Of a DNA stretch of 44,447 bases, positions 37,232 through 44,447 are shown piece by piece (positions within the stretch are counted from its first letter, which is position 1; each line of letters opens with the position of its first letter). Location of the stretch: contig ML992512.1 of assembly GCA_010093995.1 (NCBI GenBank), positions 529,736 through 574,182 of the forward strand. The letters are read 5' to 3'. This DNA comes from Elsinoe ampelina. Lineage: Eukaryota. The translations under genes and the position numbers were made by a program. Below the pieces are notes generated by a model. That model searched no databases and was not told where the DNA came from. It saw only the letters and a list, made by a program, of their open reading frames with translations.

Positions 37232-37993
37232 TACTGGCAATATGGGTGCTTTGCTGATCCTATGCGAATGAAAGCAGATCCCAGGTGGCGTCCAGCATAT
37301 GCCTCGCGAGAGATTGCTCGGTTAAAGACTGCATGTTTTCCTTCATGACAGCGTCGTCTCCTTCGTTATCAAGAAATGTCCCAAACCAAAAGGGTCCGAA
37401 ATGTGTTACCAAGAGCCGCTGGGGTAGCCATGGTTCATCCACGCCTCATCTTGTTGGAGTTCGCAACGGCAGATCTACGACAAACACGTTTGGTGCCACG
37501 AGCCTCAAACCTTGACGGATAGCTGGGTGATTCACAAATCAGATCTCGACCAAAGCGATGCAAAGGCATTGTCGACCAGAAGTGGACGAAGGCGTCGTGC
37601 CCAGAGAGAGGGCTTGCTTGAAAAGGGTCTTTGCCCCCCAATTGAGCAGAATCCTTTGCCGACTTCGGGGTGATTTGGGGGAAAAGCCCCCCTGAGTTTC
37701 TCGCGTCGACGCCCGTTGAAGTTGAAACCCCCAAACCACCTTCTCTTCACATGCCAGATGCACCGTTACCACCACTGAGGTATGGAGCTCTGTCAAGCGG
37801 TCCAATCAATGACATTGGGGCAATCACAGCCCATGGTCAACATGTCTCACTCTGCTCAATGGAGCCTCCTTCACCACGACAGTGGGCTTTGGTCATCTCA
37901 GGCAAGACCGTGCCATGCATGCATAATAGATCCCATGTTACAAGTACCGGCTGGGTCGCTCAATTCGCAAGATTCGTTCACCAGGTGTTGAAT

Positions 37994-39867
37994 ATGGCTG
38001 TGCTGCCTTGTGTCGACATCAGCATCTCTGCCGCATTGGCTGTGGTGGTATTGCTTTCCTACTTCTTCGGTCTTGCAATTTACAATCTCTACTTTCATCC
38101 GCTCGCCAAATTCCCTGGCCCAAAGCTCACAGCAGCCACGAAATTGTACGAATTCTACCACGATGTAGTCAGGGGTGGCCAGTTCTACAAGGAGATCCAA
38201 CGGATGCATGTCGAATATGGTCAGTCGAGACGTAGCTTCATGTATCACCCAGACCACAAGACTAATCTGGTTAAGGTCCAATTGTGCGAATCAATCCAGA
38301 TGAGATACACGTCAACGATGCTTCGTACTATGAGACGCTCTATGCAGGTGGCTCACATAAGAGGGACAAGTATGTTATTACCACTTCTGTCAAGATCAAG
38401 CAGCCTGACCACAAGACAGATATGTCTGATTCACCAATGCCGGCGACTCCCCCACTTCGGCCTTTGCAACTCAGCATCATGATCTCCATCGCATCAGAAG
38501 AGGAGCTCTCAACCCCTTCTTCAGCAAAGCGTCAGTTTCCAAGCTTGAGCCAATGCTGCGTGCCAAAGCCGACGACATCTGCCGGATCATGATGTTGAAC
38601 AAGAAGCACGACAGGGTATTCGAGTTTGGTGCCGCCTATATGTCCTTTGCTCTTGACACGGTGACACACTACGCATTTGGCAAAGCAGGCTGCTGGGGTT
38701 GCCTTGATGGCGACGACTTCTCTGGAGACTGGAAAGAAGCCATAATCAAGGCGTTTGAGAATGCTACCCTGATTCGATACATCCCATGGATGACAAAGGT
38801 GCTGCGCCAGATACCACATGAGTGGATAGGCTTCGTTCACAGACCCATGGGAATGTTCTTCAAGAGCGCTTGGGTACATTATTTCCAATAGCTTCGATGA
38901 AGAGGGTGCTGATACATTTCATAGCTGATAACGAAGACCGTAGATGACTTCTTCGCGTCAGAGGTCGACATGAAGTCAGGAGCCCTAGCAGAAGAGACCA
39001 TATTCTCCAGTCTCCGTGGTGGGAAACTACCAGATTTGGAGAAGACTCGAAAGCGACTCCTCGACGAAGGTACAATCCTCGTCGTAGCGGGAGGTGAAGC
39101 GATAACACAACTCCTTACCATCGTGTCCTACTTTCTCTGCGACAACCTGCACATCCTCGCGAGATTGCAGCAGGAGCTGAAGACCGCGTTCCCAGAAGGC
39201 AGCGACGATGTCACATGGGATAAAGCCCAAAACCTGCCATACCTGGTACCACGCATCCAAACCTGATCCATCATCTAATCGCTGACCCCAACGCCAGACA
39301 GCAGTAATCCAAGAAGGCCTCCGCATATCCGCCATTGTCACCACGCGTCTCCCCAGGATCTCACCAGACGAAGCCCTCATCTACGGCGACCACATCATTC
39401 CTGCAGGTGTGAGTTGACCCACCCTCAGTCTCCGTACCCCAAAAGTACTAACATATCAACCCCAGACCCCCGTCTCCATGACATCCCACTTCATCCACCT
39501 CGACCCCACCATCTGGCCTGACCCCTTCCAATTCGAACCCGAGCGATGGACGCCAGACGCCACTCCCGGCGTCACAAAGGGGCAGAAACAATTCCTAGTC
39601 CCGTTCTCGAAAGGGACGAGAGGGTGTTTGGGCATCAAGTAAGCCACAGCCGACCACTTACTTCTACGCAGGTGAGATGACTGACGATTTCCCAGCCTCA
39701 CCTACGCCCAAGCATATCTCGTCATTGCGAAAGTCTTTCGCCGATTCGACTTCGACCTGTACGAGACGGATCGGAGGGACGTGACGATCGTGAGGGACTG
39801 CTTCAATGGGCAGCCGTATGTTGGGTCCAAGGGTGTGAGGGCGAGGGTGATCAGGGTTTTAGACTAG
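37994..39867 (+). pseudogene. Cytochrome P450 (CYP58/trichodiene-oxygenase-like), 516 codons with one in-frame TGA at 38427-38429; exons 37994-38219, 38276-38369, 38420-38873, 38925-39245, 39298-39408, 39466-39638, 39696-39867
   Basis: [42 protein letters not shown] (I-helix), EGLR, PERW and FSKGTRGCLG (heme Cys). The spliced frame reads RDK-Y-V-*-FTNAG. The P450 identity is secure; pseudogene status rests on one base. Confidence 0.8.
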
Positions 39868-40147
39868 GCGAGGGTGATGATGGTAGTGAGGTCTGGTGAG
39901 GGGAACAGCTGTATAGACATGGAACTCGTGCATAAGCGGGTTTTGTGTGGCTGTAATGGTCAAAATCAATCGGACGGCGGCATGTACAGGCAGGAATTAG
40001 TAAATTGGCCTTATGTATGCGGTTCTTCTGTCCTCGTCTCGTGAGCGAAGCTTCCAATTCAAAAGAATCGGTTTAGGCTTCTGTCCAAAGTCCTAATATG
40101 AATCCGTCCAGGGACCGACAGCGATGGGCTAGAAGCTGGGTAAAGGT

Positions 40148-41088
40148 TCATCCTGCTCGTGGAACAAGAATGGCGTGAGTACGTCGTCGCCCCGAGATCC
40201 AAGGGTGGAAGGCATCAGGACCTCTAGACCAGCGGCCTGGATAGCCATCTCCTGGACCAATGGCCGACTTGGCGGAGGGAGGAGGTGAAGAGGTGTGATG
40301 CGAGGCGATTGAGGGATCTGTAAGGGCGGAAGCATTCGACGCTGATGGAGTGGACGGTGATGTACATGTAGAGGATATGAGGGGCCAGATTGTTGACCGG
40401 GAGAGTGTCGTCTGGTTGTGCTTCAGACCATTGGAGGATACTCTACAACATGATAAAAGACATTTGGAGGTCGCGCACATCTGTGGTGCGGGCCCTGCAA
40501 ACAGACGGCGAAGTTCTTGCTTGTTTCTGGGATCCGACAATATGTGATTAACATCATATCGGATGAAAGTGGCGTCCATGCCGTTCAGATGATTGTGGTC
40601 CTCAAAGCTACTCGTACGGAGAACATTGAGTATATCGGCGGGGCCTGCATCTGATCCCAGAACACGGTAGGTGCCACTAGCCTGCTCCTCTGGATGGCTC
40701 TGCAGCAAGTTGGAGAGCTCCCGCATGTCGTTCAGTCTTTCTTGCTGTAAATCGTGTTTCTGCATCAGAGCAGCCTGCCTAGAGAGCCCCGGTCCGGCAT
40801 CTCAAGGCTTGGGTCAATGACATGCGGCGCCTTGTTCTACCAAATTACGCACCGTAGACACAGATCTTGTCCATGTCCTTGCACGCATTACACGTGGGAC
40901 GGTCACGGCTACACTTTGATGGGCATCAGTCGCTCAGGCGTCATTCGCGTCCTGTCTTCTCTCACGCGGTGTTCCCTGGGCCGACATATGTTGCAAGTCG
41001 CTGAAGAGGCTGGAAGTCGCTTTTGACGTTGAGTGGTATCGATGTCTTCTGCTTTGGGCATGACCCACGAGCCCAGATTGGTCTCCAT
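40148..41088 (-). CDS. Zn(II)2Cys6 transcription factor, short form without an obvious middle-homology domain; exons 40966-41088, 40853-40913, 40148-40800 (3' structure uncertain)
   Basis: Spliced METNLGSWVMPKAEDIDTTQRQKRLPASSATCNICRPREHR|CSRDRPTCNACKDMDKICVY|DAGPGLSRQAALMQKHDLQQERLNDMRELSNLLQSHPEEQA fits C-x2-C-x6-C-x6-C-x2-C-x6-C plus a coiled-coil. Two 52-bp introns, the second with a GAG acceptor. Confidence 0.8.
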
Positions 41089-43320
41089 CTCCCTGCCTGT
41101 AGCGTATATGCGAAGGCAAGGTGGGGAATAGGTTGATCGATACTACAGATCTCCCAGACGATGGAGAGATTGGTGCATGAAGATCATCAAAGGATCGTCT
41201 TGCAATCGACAAACGCTCGTCGTCCGCTTGGTCGACTTGCAAGGAGTGTGACGCCAGGCAATGGGGTCTACTTCACTTCCTGCCAGGCGGGCGGCGAATA
41301 GCTCAAAAAACATGTAACCATTCTTTGCGAACGGGTGCGGGGCTTGTCTTGCAGGCTGTTGAAGCGCCCTGGGCAACAAGGCTATTTGGTGCCGCAGATT
41401 AGTCGACATGTAAGGTGCAGAGATGATGGAGATGGTGAAACTGAGCAGAGAAGGCGGCTTCATCGGCGCGTGTCATTGATTGATTGGCTGCGTGGCGGCT
41501 TTGTCATCAAATAGAAGACTTCAACATCAGTCTCGTCGAGAGACCCAATTATCTTTAAAACTTGGTCATCCTGTCAAGTCCTCAACTAAGACCCAAGCAG
41601 TGGATCAACCTTATGGTCACGCCTTCATGAGATGCGTGGGTCACGCCAGACTCGAGATCGTCGAGCACTCGGTCAACGCCAACGGTGTCTTCCGACTATT
41701 ATTCACGGTAGAAGTGAGAGATGGCCCAAGGAGGCATAGAAATAACCTCGATGCCCTACACCTTCCTGAGGATCAATGTGCATGCACTGCGAGTAAAACA
41801 TCTCTGAATCGACCGCCCTATCAATCAGGTAGAGCGACAGCTACACGACCTTGGGCCACAAGGCGAAGACCCTGCAGTGCTTATCTCCTCCTCCAAGATC
41901 TCATGCGCAGTGTCACATCAAAGCAACGCGATGTAGCCAGACATGCTCGCATGAGTCATCGCAAAAGCATAACGAGGAGCAACCAAGACCAGAGCAAGCT
42001 GCACAAGATATATCCCGCAGAGCACGCCCTTCCGTCCATCCAGCTCCGTCCCATATGGCACCAACACAGCCTACCAGATCATCCCAACCCTTTCTGCCAA
42101 TCCTACCATGTCACATCCCCCAGGTCACACGCGCGCACTGCCTACCTCGTAACAACCGATCCCCAAGTTGAATCTAGCAATACAGCTCCAAACCTACCTA
42201 CCACGAAATCCCCCCCTGAAGTCCACAGAACAACATCACATATGCCCCAACCTTTTCCGAAGTCTAGGAGATCCAAACGTAGCAATCCAAGCAACGCAGA
42301 CAATAAGAGACCCTTTCCTCTTTCCCCCCTAGTCTACCCATCACCCTGCCCGAACATGAACATGCACATGTCACGTGGGCAGAAAATCTGCGCGCCACCT
42401 TCGTGCGGGCAATTTAGTCAGTGGATGGCGCTGCCCACTCGCCTCGAGATGGACATGAGAACGAGTGTATCCTGGTTTTGTGGTACTTGACTCTTTCTCT
42501 TTTCGTGGCAAGGGGGATGGTCGTGGTGTTTGACGCGTCAGCATGGGTGGGTTGGCGTGTTGTGTCGCTGTGGTGGAAGAGGGAGGATAAGCATGGCTTT
42601 GCGGTGAGGAATCAGTGGACGGAGGGAGGTGCGTTCTAGATAGTATGTCGATGGCTACCGTCCCCTTGTGTAATGCCCAGTGTTGTCACTGCCATCGCCG
42701 TCGTCGTTGCGCGTGGGGTTTTAGATTTCAGTCGATTAAGGTTGGTGACGTTCCATGTGCTTGATACCCGATGCCTTGCTAGGGTCTGCTATTCAGTCTG
42801 CATTTGATTCGTCGTGGGCGAAATGAGGGCAATCGTGCCGTCTTGTCGCTGGTGAGACGTAGGTGGGCTAATGAAACGTGGTCTTCTTCTTACCGGCCCA
42901 TCGAGAGCGTTCAAGGATACTGAATCACCCGCGCGAGGTGTACTCGTCACGCATGCGAATCTCGAGCGATGAGAAGCAGGAAATACTTGCGTGCAGGAAG
43001 GACAAAAGTGAAATATACAGCCAGCCCTCACGCGTCGCCAATTTTGACTGACTTGTCGTCGAGTCAGGCAAGAAGGAGAAGAAACTTTCGGCTCTTCGAG
43101 CCCTTCTGACTTTCGAGTGGCATTCGGGTAGAACCATTGGAGAATAGGCGTTGGTCCAGAAATCTTCCTTGCATCTTTCGTGGAGTTACAGCTACATGTC
43201 AACCTCGGCAAGAGCTGTGGTGCCAAGAAGGACCCTGATTCAGTGTACCTAAGGTTGAACTGAGCACTTATCAACGGTTATACCAATTCATGATTAATTT
43301 AGACGGTTATTGTCTTATTC

Positions 43321-43454
43321 TGTTAAAGCTTAGGAGTTCTATTAATTTAGTTATCTCTTAGTTTATTAGGTTAAGTATTTATATAGGGAGAATCTACCTA
43401 ATTTTAGTGGATTAGGCAGTAATTAATCTCTTTCTCTCCCTACACAAGTTAACA
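43321..43454 (+). repeat. Putative 5' LTR (134 bp)
   Basis: Starts TGTTAA (43321) and ends TTAACA (43449-43454), an inverted pair. It is immediately followed by GTTATAAGCC (43455-43464), a RIP-type variant of the copia GTTATGAGCC half-tRNA-iMet primer-binding site. Confidence 0.65.
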
Positions 43455-44447
43455 GTTATAAGCCTAGTATAACTACCCCTATATAAGCATATTATTTAGT
43501 AGCTTCTCTACTCGATTTATTGGTTTATTCTCTATTATCTTGCTTTTTAAGCACTAGAATCTATCAAGTACTGCCTTATCTACTACTATAGGATTTAGGT
43601 GTTAATAAAGAGATAAACAACTATAGATACTAACACACTAATAGCTAGAACACCTATCATTCTTGCTACATTAGCTAAATAGGCTAGCTAGCTATATATT
43701 ATTAAGACTAGAGCTTTAAATACTAAGATCTAGCACCTTATTAATCCTTAGGAGAGTATTAAGCCTAAAGGGCTCTCTAAGCCTTAGAGGCTAGATGTAT
43801 TAGATCCTAACTTCTTAGCACTCTTCTAGATCTATAAGGAGGAGTAAGCTTAGTATAACAAATAGTATAAGGCCTTAGTAGATCTAGCTAGCCTTATTTA
43901 GTCATTAATTGCACTATAAGTTCTTATAGTTATCTAACTAGAGGGAGATCTCTATCTATAGGCTATCCTTAGAGCATTAAAGAACAGATTTGTACTATCT
44001 AATACTATAATTCAGCTTAAGGTTAAAGCTCTCTAGAGAAGATAGCTCTCTAGTCTATTATTATAGAACATAGACTATTAGCTTTAGCAATAGAAAGAGG
44101 TTATAGATAAGACTAGGAATTACAACCTACTAGAAGCTTAAGGCTTAAGGCTATAGAGAGACTTCTTACTCTCTATCTTAAGGACTAAACTAGCATTTGC
44201 TAATAAATATCTTATTAATCTAGATTTACTAACTCTGCTAACTATGCTTGAACTAATTACTAAGTTTAGACAGTTTTATAAACTTTATAAGCTATATAGC
44301 ACTATAAAGGCTAGTAAGGGAGTAATAGCATTCCCTATAGCTACTAAGGACTCTATAAAAGAGCCTAGTTCTACTAGGGAGCCTAGATGTGTATACTAGA
44401 AGCGGCATAAGTAAAGCAAGTGCTATTACTTAAATAAGTATCTAAGG
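43321..44447 (+). mobile_element. RIP-mutated Ty1/copia-like LTR retrotransposon (5' LTR, PBS and gag remnant), truncated by the window end
   Basis: Abrupt shift to AT-rich sequence with TpA excess and CpA/TpG/CpG depletion. Reversing C>T/G>A changes gives gag-like peptides (approx. PVILATSAEWASWLYIIKTRA..IWHLVDP, LRALKNRFAPSD, IDHWLQQWEEV..LPEAQG.RP.RDFL). Confidence 0.8.

Noticed and set aside
37260..37520. Protein-like minus-strand ORF fragment upstream of the MFS gene
   Set aside because: It could be a gene relic or uORF, but I could not assign a family or a splice link to the MFS.
37670..37993. N-terminal extension of P450 ORF 37670-38482
   Set aside because: The membrane anchor and Pro-rich hinge start right after ATG 37994. 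The upstream part is promoter or UTR.
3902..39867. Idea that ERG20 and the CYP58-like P450 form a sesquiterpene cluster
   Set aside because: They are 33 kb apart and separated by housekeeping genes, the FPPS looks like the primary-metabolism copy, and no terpene cyclase is present.
41143..43274. ORFs 41143-41463, 41480-42490 and 42789-43274, and a GGTCACGCC pair at 41615 and 41639
   Set aside because: No domain signal in the ORFs. A 9-bp pair on its own is too weak to call a regulatory site.
1..44447. tRNA/rRNA genes, CRISPR arrays, telomeric repeats
   Set aside because: None recognised by eye. Small ncRNAs such as snoRNAs cannot be excluded without a covariance-model search.

Overview
This is a gene-dense segment of a filamentous ascomycete (Pezizomycotina) chromosome: short GT-AG introns with CTRAC/CTAAC branch points and a RIP-type mutated repeat. 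A Dothideomycete origin is only a guess. I reconstructed about 20 spliced genes by hand. Bases 1-2574 hold a divergent enoyl-reductase-like MDR / epoxide hydrolase pair. A mostly housekeeping block follows: DUF1295, ERG20, CDC23, SDH3, calcineurin A, an AA11 LPMO, a GT15 mannosyltransferase, three mitochondrial-type genes including bL19m, an abhydrolase, CipC, an SPX-EXS (SYG1-like) protein and an F-box protein. The right end is accessory-looking, with a DHA1 MFS transporter, a CYP58-like P450 and a Zn2Cys6 regulator, followed by a RIP-mutated copia-like LTR retrotransposon running off the window. Four things stand out. (1) Two 'hypothetical' ORFs (16255-18535) splice into one 743-aa intracellular protein with an R-S-E type ADP-ribosyltransferase-like domain whose catalytic loop is completed only by splicing. 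(2) The MFS-P450-Zn2Cys6 mini-cluster has a transcription factor that is invisible in the ORF track and carries Glu at the Gal4 Lys18 position, and its P450 has one premature TGA. (3) Recurrent C-rich-then-G-rich skew islands ignore gene orientation. (4) The SPX-EXS gene has two stopless in-frame introns, one of them GC-AG. All family calls are by motif recognition, without database searches.
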